From: Bugula neritina
Lineage: Eukaryota; Animalia; Bryozoa
Direction of reading: 5' to 3'
NCBI GenBank assembly: GCA_964035545.1
Contig: OZ037772.1
Span: 13,204,818 to 13,268,817 of the forward strand
Length of the DNA stretch: 64,000 bases
Shown one piece after another: positions 27,893-41,400 of the stretch. The translations under genes were made by a program, and so were the position numbers. Each line of letters begins with the position of its first letter. The stretch's first letter is position 1. Under the pieces are notes generated by a model. It was not told the DNA's origin and searched no databases. It saw only the letters and a list, made by a program, of their open reading frames with translations.

Positions 27893-30800
27893 GCTGGTAT
27901 TTTTCTTCCAGCAGTATGGTTTGAGTTTATCAAATCCGAAGCTGATGAAAAGCAAGAAGGAGGCGACCAAGAGAGAAGGGATGAAGGCGAGGGAGATAAT
28001 TTCTACAAAGTATTATACAACCAGGTTAAGGTTAAGGGAAGGTCAAGGGAAGGTTGAAAAAGGCAGCACAGCTTACTCACTTACCATCATTGGAGAGGCG
28101 AGACGTAGAAATACCAAACCGGGCAGCAGCTTCACCTGAAGAATAATGAGTGAAGAGTAAGTATATAGTGCAGAGTAAGTATACATGTCAGAGTAAGTAT
28201 ACATGTCAGAGTAAGTATATAGTGTCAGAGTAAGTATATTATGTCAGAGTAAGTATATTAGTGTCAGAGTAAGTATATAGTGTCAGAGTAAGTATATAGT
28301 GTCAGAGTAAGTATATAGTGTCAGAGTAAGTATATAGTGTCAGAGTAAGTATACATGTCAGAGTAAGTATATAGTGTCAGAGTAAGTATACATGTCAGAG
28401 TAAGTATACATGTCAGAGTAAGTATATAGTGTCAGAGTAAGTATATTATGTCAGAGTAAGTATACATGTCAGAGTAAGTATACATGTCAGAGTAAGTATA
28501 TTAGTGTCAGAGTAAGTATATAGTGTCAGAGTAAGTATATAGTGTCAGAGTAAGTATATAGTGTCAGAGTAAGTATATAGTGTCAGAGTAAGTATACATG
28601 TCAGAGTAAGTATACATGTCAGAGTAAGTATATAGTGTCAGAGTAAGTATATAGTGTCAGAGTAAGTACGTGAAGTACCTGAGAGCGTGGCACTAACAGA
28701 CAAAATACAGTCTCCCTCGGCATTCAGGATGTAGGTGGAGCCACTCTGCAGACTAATAGTCAGAGACAAACCGGGAAGATTCGTAGTTGTCACCTCTTTG
28801 TCGGAATCCAACTGGAAGTCCTGCTGCTGCGTACATTCCGTTGGCTCCCTGAACAGATGAAAACATGAGTTTCTTGAGAGTTTCACTAGGAGAGTGTCTA
28901 TATACAGCAATCATAGCTGAGTGTGAGCTTACTTGGCGTATTTAAGTTTGATGAGTTTGATCCAGCCCTTGCAGGGAGCGGTGAGGTACTGGAGGAACAT
29001 GTAGACTCCGCTGGAGCGAATGGCTGTCAGGTTAGAGTCTATGGTAAGCTCAACGTCTTTAGGGGGGAAGTAGTTGAGGTTGAGAGGGCATTGCTTCTTT
29101 ACTAATACAGAGTATACAGTATGTATTACAGAGTATATAATACAGAGTATATATAATACAGAGTACAGAGTATATATAATACAGAGTATAGAGTATATAT
29201 AATACAGAGTATATATAATATAGAGTATATAATACAGAGTATATATTACAGAGTATATATAATACAGAGTATATATAATACAGAGTATATATAATACAGA
29301 GTATATATAATACAGAGTATATATAACACAGAGAAGACAGTAATGCAGAGTATAAGCTATACCCGGGACAGAAAACACGTTCCCTTCGACACTCTGCAAC
29401 ACCAACTCGTCGTTCAGCAGAGCCAGGATGGTTTTGTTGGTCAGCAGCTCACAATCTCTGGAGGAAATGCCAGGAATACTGCAGACAGACTGGTACGAGC
29501 TATCCTGAGTGTCGTGGAAGGTGAAGATCTTTGTGGCCGTATGAGGGCCAATGACGAGGTCCCGGGCTAGGAAGACAAGGTCAGACTTGAGCTCAGTTGG
29601 GAGTTGGGAGACGGCCAAGTCTGGTGAGGTGATGTCCATCTTGTGGACGGTGGTGGGAGCCATGATGAAGATGTAGTTGTAGTCGGAGGAGGAGAGTTTG
29701 GTGGCCGACAGCATGACCGGGCTGCTAGCCAACAGCAGAGTGTTGACAGCCAGAGTCTCAGAGTCAAACTCTCTCAGAGATCCATCGCCGTCCAGGATAA
29801 ACACTCTCTGTGGCTGGAGGAGGTTTCTGGTCATGCTCCGAGGGCCGACGAATCTGGCCGACTTTGCGTGGTCATCAACATGGCCGCTTGTGTCGCAGCT
29901 GCCGGCAACGTGAGTGACGGAGACCGCCCTGGTATTGTAGCGGGAAAGGCAAAACAAATCTCGGAAGACGACGAGGGCCACGTCTGCCGCCAGGAATAGG
30001 AAGTCGATGACGACGCCGTTGATGAACTGAGTGGAGACGGTTTGCAGTGGACTGACGATTCTCAAGTCTCCTGCAATATTCATTACGAGAGATCCGTCTG
30101 CGGCCTTGGCTACTCTCTGCACCTCTTTATCACTATTCACCCATATCTTGGCCTCTCCAAACTGAAACCTATCGGATAATATATAATAACGAATAACATT
30201 GACAGCTCATCATGCAATACTAATCCAACTAGATACAGATCTGATGTCTTACCTTTCATTCACCCGGGCATCGTAAGAAAACTCTCCATTGCTTCTCTCT
30301 ACCAGCGCCTACAAAGAAATTTCAAGTAGTTATCTAATATGAATATATAATATGTGTTGTTATTCAGTGAGTGTGGTATAAAAGTTTCATTATATTAAAA
30401 TTGATGATAGTTATCACAAGAACTACTCTAAAGACTACTACACTGGTACCACGTTATGCATTGCACTGATAGCAAAAAGTTAAACCTAGAAAAGTCTTAG
30501 AATGATGCAAGATTATTATATTACTGTTTATAAAAAGCAAACAAACATACCCCAAATTTTTATTTTCATTAGATTTATACTCTTTAGGATAATAATTATA
30601 ATAAATTTATTTGATAATCTTAATCATAATGATGATTGTTTGAAGTAATCATTATAAACATTAATTATATTTCATATATGGTAGCAATAATCATGATCAT
30701 AATGCTAGTGCTACTAGTAGCAGTATTACTGTTACTATTAGTTTAGTTAATATTTGTAAGTACATATTCATATTGATATTATAATTGTGATCATAAATGA

Positions 30801-31056
30801 ACCAATTATATTGATAATTTGAATTATTATTATCTTGATAGTAACTTTTACTAGGTAATGAGAATTATTTATTATTATCATCATCATGACAATGCATAAA
30901 ATAAAACGAAGACAAAGAGAAGAATGAATAGTATTATTTATTTTAAAATAGCAACTTCAAGCTTAAAGTTAAACCAGTCAGCTCTATCGAAAGCAAGATA
31001 CGACTTAAGAGTTTGCAATAGCTTACAAATACAAGCGTAAAATATTTTATGAGCAT
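27887..31056 (-). CDS. Orphan type-I membrane protein 'A' (~465 aa), paralog of B with one module and a very short tail
   Basis: Exons: 31027-31056, 30253-30308, 29363-30168, 28933-29101, 28679-28848, 28085-28135, 27887-28002; total 1398 nt, phase-consistent. N-terminus MLIKYFTLVFALVERSNG; motif HVAGSCDTSGHVDDHAKSARFVGP (NHL-like GxxDGxxxxARF); TM IISLAFIPSLLVASFLLFISFGF; ends DKLKPYCWKKNTST*. The first exon is tentative. Confidence 0.75.
28155..28668. repeat. ~19-bp intronic repeat GTCAGAGTAAGTATATAGT
   Basis: Fills intron 28136-28678. Confidence 0.95.
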
Positions 31057-32416
31057 TGTAAAATATTCAATTGGTAATGCTATTCTAGAAGTTATGGATG
31101 TAGCCGGTGCCAGAATAAATCAAAATTGGCAAAGAGCATTGCGTCCACAAGTTTAGCACCAACAGTCACAGTCCATTACCAGAAACGGTGTATAATAGTG
31201 AAAGCATTGGCTGCGTTCATTAGCCTCAAAACTCGCAAACTCATCAGTTGTGCGAGTTTGAGAGTATATTAGTATGGACAGTCATAACCAATCAGTATAA
31301 TATTATATTATTAACTTGAAATATAATTCTAAAAAATGTATGGCATTATTATTTATTATTAGGAAAATTACATTACACCCAAACAGTCGATGGAAATACT
31401 TACAGATGCTGTAAAAATTGCCAAAAGGCACGTCAAGTTACTCAGATTCATTGCAGCATTTACAATTATGGAAATGGATGCTGTTTTGTTTTTTTGATGA
31501 AAGGCACTAAAGCTGATTATGCAACAATAGTGAGAAATATTTGCATTCAGTGTAATAATCATTATGGCTTTTAGTATGAAAATATTCATAGCTTAGGTTC
31601 TTTACATGCAAGTCATTGTATGTTGCGTACTGCATAAGCTCCGGTAGAATGTATTATAGGACTGTGGATAATAAAGCCTTATAGCAAGGCCAATTACAAA
31701 AGGCTATGTAAGTTATGTGCTAACCATCATGCAATAAATGTACCGCCAATGAGCTGCAACAGTTGCAATCAACGAGAGAATACAACTCTGTTGCAACAGA
31801 ATATGCTATGAGTAGTTGGAGCTCAGTGTATGGTAGCAGTAATGTTTATATAATATATAGAGAGACCAGATCTTATATGTATTCATAGAGTGTTCAAGGT
31901 AGTTGAATAGTTTTATTACAAAATATGGAATACAACATTAAAACACACGCAAAATATTATAATAAGATACTTTCATAGAGTGGGCTAGCGTTGGTCTAGA
32001 GAAGTTAATCAATGTATTTACTATTAGCTAAATCCCTTATGTTAAATTTCAACTACTAAAATTATACGACTACATCAGTTAATGTTCATCACAGTACAAG
32101 CAATAACATATAATCATATTACAATGATTGTTCATATAATATAACAGCAAACGCCATAAACTAAAATAAAAGCATTAAAATTCTAATTATCCCTCTCAAA
32201 ATAATTACAATAATGTTCACAATATATTACAATAAATGTATAGCTTTAAGCAACAGTGTAAAGTACTTCAACGATACAGCTATGTTCATTGGTTACTTTT
32301 GGTGGTTTAAAAACTCTGATTGGTCAACACAGTGTTTATTCTTTCAGTTTGTTGGGACTGTGTATGTGTTGGAGATGCCGATTGGTTAACTGACATGTGT
32401 TTCAGCTACTGATTGG

Positions 32417-35400
32417 TTACTGGGCGTATGTTGTCTTCTGAATGTGGGTGGCCTTGTCCTGTGAAATCATATAAATAACATTTTTTTACTCACTTTCAAC
32501 TGAGCATAACTGCGGACACAGTATAACTGTGTACTCAGTATAACTGCGGACACAGTATAACTGTGTACTCAGTATAACTGCGAACACAGTATAACTGCGT
32601 ACTCAGTATAACTGCGTACTCAGTATAACTGCGTACTCAGTATAACTGCGTACTCAGTATAACTGTGTACTCAGTAACTTAGTATAATTGTGCACACAGT
32701 AAAACTGTGTACTCAGTTCAGTTATTGAAACAATTAGTGGGTTGAGGAAATGACATGGTAAGGTTAAAATAATTACCAATCACCCAACAGACACTCACAC
32801 AGAGACATATCATGCACAGTTTGGATATGCACCAGGTGGATGCAGTTACTAGAGCCTTAGTAACTGAGAAGTACATAGCAGGAGAGTGTAGGGTTATTGG
32901 TGAGTCTCACCCACACAATAGTATGTAAAAGTACATGCAAATTACAGAAAACAGTTAGATAGGTTAACAGAGAACTGAATGAAGAGAAATAAACAAAAGG
33001 AGAGAGATTGACAAAATGAATGTTTGAATGACTGTAAGTGAGTGACTGTGAGTGAGAGGTAGTAAGTAAGTGACTGTGAATGAGTGACTGTGAGTAAGTG
33101 ACTGTGAGTAAGAGATAGTAATGGTGAGTAAGAGATAGTGAGTAAAGGACAGTAAGTAAGAGAAAGTGACTGTGATAGTTGGAGACACAATACCAACACA
33201 ATAAGAAACAACGAATGGCGGCATGCGTTACAACAGAGTGCTCGTGCGTTATCTGCTTGCTCAGTGCATGGCAGACTCAAGCTTCAAACAAGAAGAAACA
33301 GAGAGTCATGTGACTTTTACTCGTACAATAAAATACAACATGAAATATTGAAGACTATAGGCTAGATGGCTTGGCAAGCATTAGCCAGGCAGCAAGGGGC
33401 GTAAGAGAGACGCCCCTGTGAGGGCACTGCGCTTACACAATCAGCTCCTAAGGAGAAGGTTTGGGTGCTTGTTGAACAAGCTCGGCTCTTTCCTAGAGGA
33501 TCAGAATAAACTCATTACTAAAACAGTTGACAGACATTTGGTGTACAGACAGTCGAGTGAGTAGGACTCTGTTGCAAGCTAAATAAAGAGCAGATGTTAG
33601 TGAGAACAGACAGACGGTGGAGTTGAGCTGGTGAGACACAGCAGACACGGCATGGGGCACTGAGAGCACTGACTCAAGTAGTGACATACTGACTCAAGTA
33701 GTGACATACTGACTCAAGTAGTGACATACTGACTCAAGTAGTGACATACTGACTCAAGTGGTGGCATACAGGTGCAAGTGCTCGGTGTAGACTCACTAAC
33801 TCAGTGGCGTGTAATCAACACAAACAGGCTGAGATGAAATACCAAGCATTCAGTTAGTTAGTGACTCACAACTGTAACACTTACCTCGCCAGCTGGGCTG
33901 ACTAACGTAGTCGTAACCTGACTTCCTGTTCCCCAGTTCTCTCTCTCGTACTCTAGAGCCTCTGCAGGTCCCTTATCCTTAGCGTACACCTGTCAGCATA
34001 CATTAGACCATGTCACAGTACAGAACATCTCCACACTCAGTATAGAACAGAGTGAAAGTGAAACTACACATCTCCACACTCAGTATAGAACAGAGTGAAA
34101 GTGAAACTACACATCTCCACACTCAGTATAGAACAGAGTGAAAGTGAAACTTCACATCTCCACACTCAGTATAGAACAGAGTGAAAGTGAAACTACACAT
34201 CTCCACACTCTGTATAGAACAGAGTGAAAGTGAAACTACACACCTTCACACTCAGTATAGAACAGAGTGAAAGTGAAACTACACACCTTCACAGGCAGTA
34301 TAGAACAGAGTGAAAGTGAAACTACACACCTTCACACTTCTGGTGTCCCTGGCATTCCCAAGACTCATACCTTCAGGGAAAGTGAACATAGGCATCATCT
34401 TACCATCAACCTGCACAATAAACAAGTTTGTATAGTACATCACGAGTATACCACACCCCCTCTCTGACTGTCTCATACAGTAGGCCACACCCCCTCTCTG
34501 ACTGTCTCATACAGTAGGCCACACCCCCTCTCTGACTGTCTCATACAGTAGGCCACACCCCCTCTCTGACTGTCTCATACAGTAGGCCACACCCCCTCTC
34601 TGACTGTCTCATACAGTAGGCCACACCCCCTCTCTGACTGTCTCATACAGTAGGCCACACCCCCTCTCTGACTGTCTCATACAGTAGGCCACACCCACAT
34701 CTCTAACTGTCCCATATAATAAGCCACACCTACCTTTCTACCAATCTTCCAGCCTCCAATAGATTCTTCCTTCCTCCCAGTATTCTCAACTTCTATCCAG
34801 TTACCAGCAGGGTCAACCTGTATCAACAGTGTATAAGGAGTTGTCATACCCACACACAGTACACTTTGTATAAGGAGTTGTCATATCCACACACAATACA
34901 CTGTGTATAAGGAGTTGTCATATCTACACACAATGCACTGTGTATAAGGAGTTGTCATATCTACACACAATACACTGTGTATAAGGAGTTGTCATATCTA
35001 CACACAGTACACTGTGTATAAGGAGTTATCTTACCTGACTAATAGCTAGCGGTCCCTTAGCAGATCTCTGAAAGGTTGTTTTTTGTGACATTTGACCTGT
35101 CATAATAGCCTGTTGACCTGATGAATACATGTACACAGTTTGAATATTTGTAGAACCCAGGCTGATTAATGGAAAAAATACTAGGCAACACTGAATTAAT
35201 GAAAACATCAAAAGCCGAGTGTAGCATGCTTGATAGCAGTGCGTCAAGTTATATGTATCAGTGCAGTATTAGTACAGCCAAAAGCAAGTGTCAAATCAAG
35301 CATTGGAGTTGTCTATACTATATTTTGAAGCAGTGAAAAGATAACTCCGCAAAGATCAAACAGTTAGGCTGTGTGATGGGGAAGGGAAGACTTTACTCGA

Positions 35401-38400
35401 AGGATGTACATACGACACGTCTCAACACGACTTACTAGTACAGATAAGTACACTCTCTTCAGTACCACCTGTTGTTATTGAGGAAAGCACACATTTGTAT
35501 TCTCAGATAGCAGCAGAAATTGGGAAACACTAAGTTCAAGAATCTATTGAATTATTTGGTTAATTTGGAATGGTTATCTTTTAACACATTATCAGAAGGT
35601 TGAGATTGTCAGAGATATTCTCATGAAAACAGGGTGTGGTGCAGCAGATTGGCTACAAAGATGTCTACAAACTATCAACTGGTGGGAATTGATCTCTAAG
35701 AGTCAGACTACATCAGTTTTCAGATTGGGGCAACCCACAAGAGGTGACAACTCTCTATTTACCAAACATATTATAGTCCTTAGCAGGCTCTGGTTTTGCA
35801 GAGTGACTTTCCGAAATAAAATCAGTGACGTTACGTGTGTTCATCCTATACGAGTAAGTACAACAGATAATAGAGTAACAACATAGAAAATAAAATACAA
35901 GACAATTAGTTGAAGCTAGCGTTTAGCTTAGGAGGTTAGTTAGGCACGAGCAACATGTAGTAGTGAGTGCAGTTGAGAGAGATATAATAGCAGAGTATAC
36001 TATTGAGTAGTAATAGCAGAGTATACTAGTGAGTAGTAATAGTAGAGTATACTAGAGAGTAGTAATAGTAGAGTATACCAGAGAGTAGTAATAGTAGAGT
36101 ATAATAGTGAGTAGTAATAGTAGAGTATACTAGTGAGTAGTAATAGTAGAGTATATTAGAGAGTAGTAATAGTAGAGTATACTAGAGAGTAGTAATAGTA
36201 GAGTATATTAGATAGTAGTAATAGTAGAGTATACCAGAGAGTAGTAATAGTAGAGTATAATAGTGAGTAGTAATAGTAGAGTATACTAGTGAGTAGTAAT
36301 AGTAGAGTATATTAGATAGTAGTAATAGTAGTATATTAGATAGTAGCCAATTGTTAGACTGGTGGGGATATTAGTTGCTGACTCCCGTCACAGGCCCAGC
36401 AGTAACCCGGCAGCGACGTACCAGACGAAGCACCGAGGGCTAGAGTGCCATGGTGCGAGTGAGAAGTGGTTTGGTGCTGAGTCGTAGTTTGAACAGTTTC
36501 AACTACTCCCAGCTGTTCAGTCAGTTTCATCCTGCACGGCAAGTATATACAGTAACGGAAATGAGTGTGAGTAGAGAGTAACTGTGATTAAAAACTGTGA
36601 GTAGAAACTGTGAGTACAGAGTTACTGTGAGTAGAGAGAAACCGTGAGTAGAGAGTTGCTGTGAGTAGAGAGTTGCTGTGAGTAGAAACTGTGAGTAGAG
36701 AGTAGAGTGTAGAAGAAAGAGAGATTAATCAATCAACACTACAAGTCAGCCGAACCAAAGTCTGCGTGGGACATGACTGATTTACGCCGACGTCTGTCTG
36801 TCTGTCTCGCACACACTTTGTCTCAGCTCTACAAACACTAAATGCCACATCATATGCAATACCAGATGGCTTTTTATTGGTCACAGCAGCTTCCTGTGAC
36901 GTGAACATCATGTCAGATGCAGCGACACTACCAGCGCCGCCGCCGCCGCTCATACTGCCGCCGCCACTCATACTGCCGCCGCCACCCATACTGCTGCCGC
37001 CACCTCCTCTGCCGCTGCTTTCTGTCAGCCTGAGTAATAACAAACAGCATGCGTAGATAGACATGCTCTCACACAAGATGCTCTCACATGATACACACAG
37101 TAATGCTCTCACATGATACACGCAGCAGACAGGAAAGAGATGGGCAACATGTCACCTAAAACATCTTTCAAACAGAGCAAATGGAGTTCTCTGAACATTC
37201 GGTACATCAGAATATGACAGCTTTAGCAACAAAGAGAACGACTTGGTCACACAGAGTATGACTTGGTCACACAGGGTATGACTTGGTCACACAGGACAGG
37301 TAGTATAGAGCCGCAAGCTACGAGACAGCGACTACTGTACCATCTAGACTCATCCCTGCTACTGAGGAGGACTTGGAGGTCGTAGTGGAGGACTTAGACT
37401 GTCTCATAGTCATAGAGGAGGAGCTGCTACCACCACCCGATGCACCGGCATCTAACTCGATGTTGAATGAGTAGCCGTCAGCCCCGCCTCCCCCACTGGA
37501 GGCGTGGCTACTGGCTGCCGAACTAATGGTGCGCACGGTTGTAGACGAAATTTGATTAGCTGCCATTTCGGCAGCATTCAGCCTGAACAAGCAAGGAAAG
37601 ATACAGAGACAAGAGATTAGAGAGGAAGTCTCCTACAAATGGCTGCTCTTAGATCAATTGAATAGAAGACATCATGTGTACAATGTCAAGCTCACCTCCA
37701 GGAACATAACATATGCTGTTAGTGAAGAGATCACACCACACCATGTACACCATGTGTCACGTATTACCTGTTCTCCTCCACCTCCAGAAGCTTCCTGTAC
37801 GCAGCAATCTCCAACTCGAGAGAGAGTTTGCTGTCCATCACAGCCTCCATCTCTCTCAGCAGCTTCTCGCACTCAGCAGTCAGTCTCTGGATGTCGGACT
37901 CGTAGCGAACCTTCTCCTCGTCCCAGGCTCTCGTGTCGTCCTCGTGCTGTCTCAGCAAGTCAGCGTACTGTCTCTCTAGCATGGCGTTACGTCCCTCAAG
38001 GTCACTGATCTGGTTCCTCATGTCGTTGACAACGCTCTGCAGTCTCTTGGTCTCACTGACGAGGTGCTCCACCTTGCTGGCGTCCTTCGCCTGGCCAGTC
38101 CTTACTTCCTGAACCTGCATACGATTATATTACCTTAATAACATATAATATAATAACATATAATATAATATCATGTAATATAATAACATATAATATAATA
38201 TAATATAATATAGTAATATAACAACATATAATATAATAACATATAATATAATAACATATAATATAATATAATAATATAACAACATATAATATAATAACAT
38301 ATAATATAATAACATATATTATAATATCATATAATATAATATAATCATATATAATATAATAACATATAATATAATCATATATAATATAATAACATATAAT

Positions 38401-41400
38401 ATAACATTATAATATAACAACATATTATATAATAACATATAATATAATATAATAATATAACAACATATAATATAATAACATATAATATAATAACATATAA
38501 TATAATATAATAATATAATAACATATAATATAATATAATAATATAATAACATATAATATAATATAATAATATAACAACATATAATATAATAACATATAAT
38601 ATAATAATATAATATAATAACATATAATATAATAACATATAATATAATATAATAATATAATATAATAATATAATATAATATAATAATATAACAACATATA
38701 CCTTCATCTGGTAGTAACTCTGCATCTGCTGGTTCTGATTCTCAAGTCGTCTATCAAACTCGTTCTGCAGCTCTCTGATGGCGTTAGACATTTCACTCTC
38801 CCAGAACTTCCTGTTATCCTTGTACGTATCCTGACCAATCAGAGCCTGAAGTTCCTTCATCTCCTGGTCGTGTAGCTGCAGCAGGCACATACTCAAGTAA
38901 CACTCAAGTAATACTCGAGTCACACTCAAGTAATAAACACATATACTGAGTAAGAGAAGTAAATAATGACTCACATTCTTCAGAAACTCAATCTCCTCCT
39001 GCAGAGCTTGAATCTGGTTCTCCAAGTCGATATTGTTGAGACGTTCAGCATCTCGTTCCTGTAACATACTACAGTGTATACTACAGTGTGTACTACAGTG
39101 TATACTACAGTGTATACTACAGTGTATACCACATTATATACTACAGTGTGTACTACAGTGTATACTACAGTGTATACTACAGTGTATACTACAGTGTGTA
39201 CTACAGTGTATACTACCTGCACAGTCTTGAACAGCTCCTCTTGGAGTCGTCTGTTCTCCCCTGCCTCATGCTCCAAGTCCTGCTCCAGTCCATTCACTCT
39301 CCTCCTCAGCATGTTCAGCTCAGACTCGTAGTCAGCAAGCTGCTGGTTCTGTCTGTTTATGGTGTCCTTGTCCTGCTGTCGCAGTCTCTCGATGTCATCC
39401 AGTCGTCTCTTGTACTCGGCCAGCTGGTCCTCCAGATTCTGCACCTTCAGCTCAACTCTCGCCTTCTCCTTCTCAGAGTCGTTGTAGAGATCACGGGCTT
39501 CCTTTAACTCTGACTCGTACATCTGCTTCACCACTTCCGTCTCCTTGCCTGTCGGAGTATAGCACAGTCAGCGTGGTTACACAGTCAGCGTGGTTACACA
39601 GTCAGGGTGGTTACACAGTCAGCAAGGTTACACAAACGTATAGCAGTGTAGTAGTACTCACCCCATTTACTCTGCAAGTCCTTTAGCCTCTGCTCCACAG
39701 ACTTGAGTTGAGCCTCAAGGAACCTGTTCTTCTCAATGTAGTTGGCAAACCGACTGTTGAGGTCCTGCATGCTCTTCTTCTCCGTCATTCTCCCGTCCAC
39801 AATGTTCTTCACGCCGGCCTCGGCTATGGCCCCCGTGTTGCCCAGGGCGTTTGCCGAGTTGCCGTAGCTCATGGTGACGGTGCGGGTGACGTTACCTGAG
39901 CCTCCCTTCAAGCCCATCAGGCCGGCCCCTGCCATGGACCCGGCTCTGTAGCTTGAAGCCCTGCTCTTTGTTACGGGGGTGTAGCTAATGCCCTTACTAC
40001 CAGTTGAAGACTCATAGCTCCTGCAACAGAATATTACACAATAGTGTTGCTACTAGAACCTCTCCTTAACATTGGTATGCACAGTAGAACCTGAGCTAAA
40101 CTGCAGTCAGGATGGGACGTGTTGATGAACACCCCTCTTACTCTGCATAAGTATGATTAGTGAATCACTGATTGTAATGTCAGAGTAATAAATGTAAATG
40201 TTAGAGGAGATAAAACCTTGTTTATTAGTCATATAAGAGGTAATTAGTCTGAGTAGTGTTTACAGCAGGTATAAGATGTATGTAAAGCAGGTATAAGATG
40301 TATGTACAGTAGGTATAAGATGTATGTACAGTAGGTATAAGATGTATGTACAGTAGGTATAAGATGTATGTACAGTAGGTATAAGATGTATGTACAGTAG
40401 GTATAAGATGTAGGTACAGTAGGTATAAGATGTATGTACAGTAGGTATAGTACGCAGGCTAGGTATAGTATGCAGGCTAGGTGCAATGTGTCAGCTATAC
40501 ATGGGTGGATATTGCTCAGTGAGCGTAACACACGCATTGTGAGTGTTTCAGTTTCTGAAGGCATTTTTTTGATATTTGAAGATGATGTAATTAAAAGTTA
40601 TTAGATTACATAAAGAGAGTGATTTTAGAGCGAGACATATCGTATGCCTAGATGATATATCGCATGCCTACGCAATATATCGCATGTCTATATAATATAT
40701 CGCATGTCTATATAATATATCGTGCAGAGAGCAGACGATATAGTACCTGTGAACACTGACTCATGAACATAAAGACCTCTACATGCTGTAATTATCAACT
40801 AATTATTTCACATTACTTGAAATGAGGATAATGTGACACTTGTTTCTCTTGTGAATAGCTACTGTGTTGAGGTACAATGAACCAAGTATGCCTCTTTATT
40901 CTAATATTTCCCAGTTAAATCACAGTAATGCTATCATTATTAGTATTATTATTATTACTATTAGCTCATAATGAGAGAGTATGCAGCGTGTAGTTGGAAG
41001 TTATCTTCCCTTCAGTGAGAAATACAGTACATTGTGAGGCAGAAGTTACAGGTTACCATGGAAACACTACACAGGATACATTTTCATGGCTTTGATTCAT
41101 TAAATCCAAGAATAATTCAGAAATATGTACTGCAGTAAAACAACAGCTGCTGTTTGACCTTCTTTACTGTCTACATGTCTCCAGTGTAACTCACCTGTAG
41201 ACAGGTGAATAAGTTACCTGTAGACAGGTGAATAAGTTACGTGTAGACAGGTGAATAAGCTACGTGTAGACAGGTGACCGAGTTACCTGTAGACTGGTGA
41301 ATAAGTTACTTGTAAACAGGTAACACAATTCGGGAGAAAAGCAACTAGAAAAAGTGCTACAAACAAACACTGTTGTCATAGCTGAAGATAATATAATATA

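Noticed and set aside
19306-31056. Single large receptor gene with two propellers
   Set aside because: Exon phases do not join (28085 ends in phase 1, 26141 starts in phase 0). A has its own TM and stop, and B has its own signal-peptide exon.
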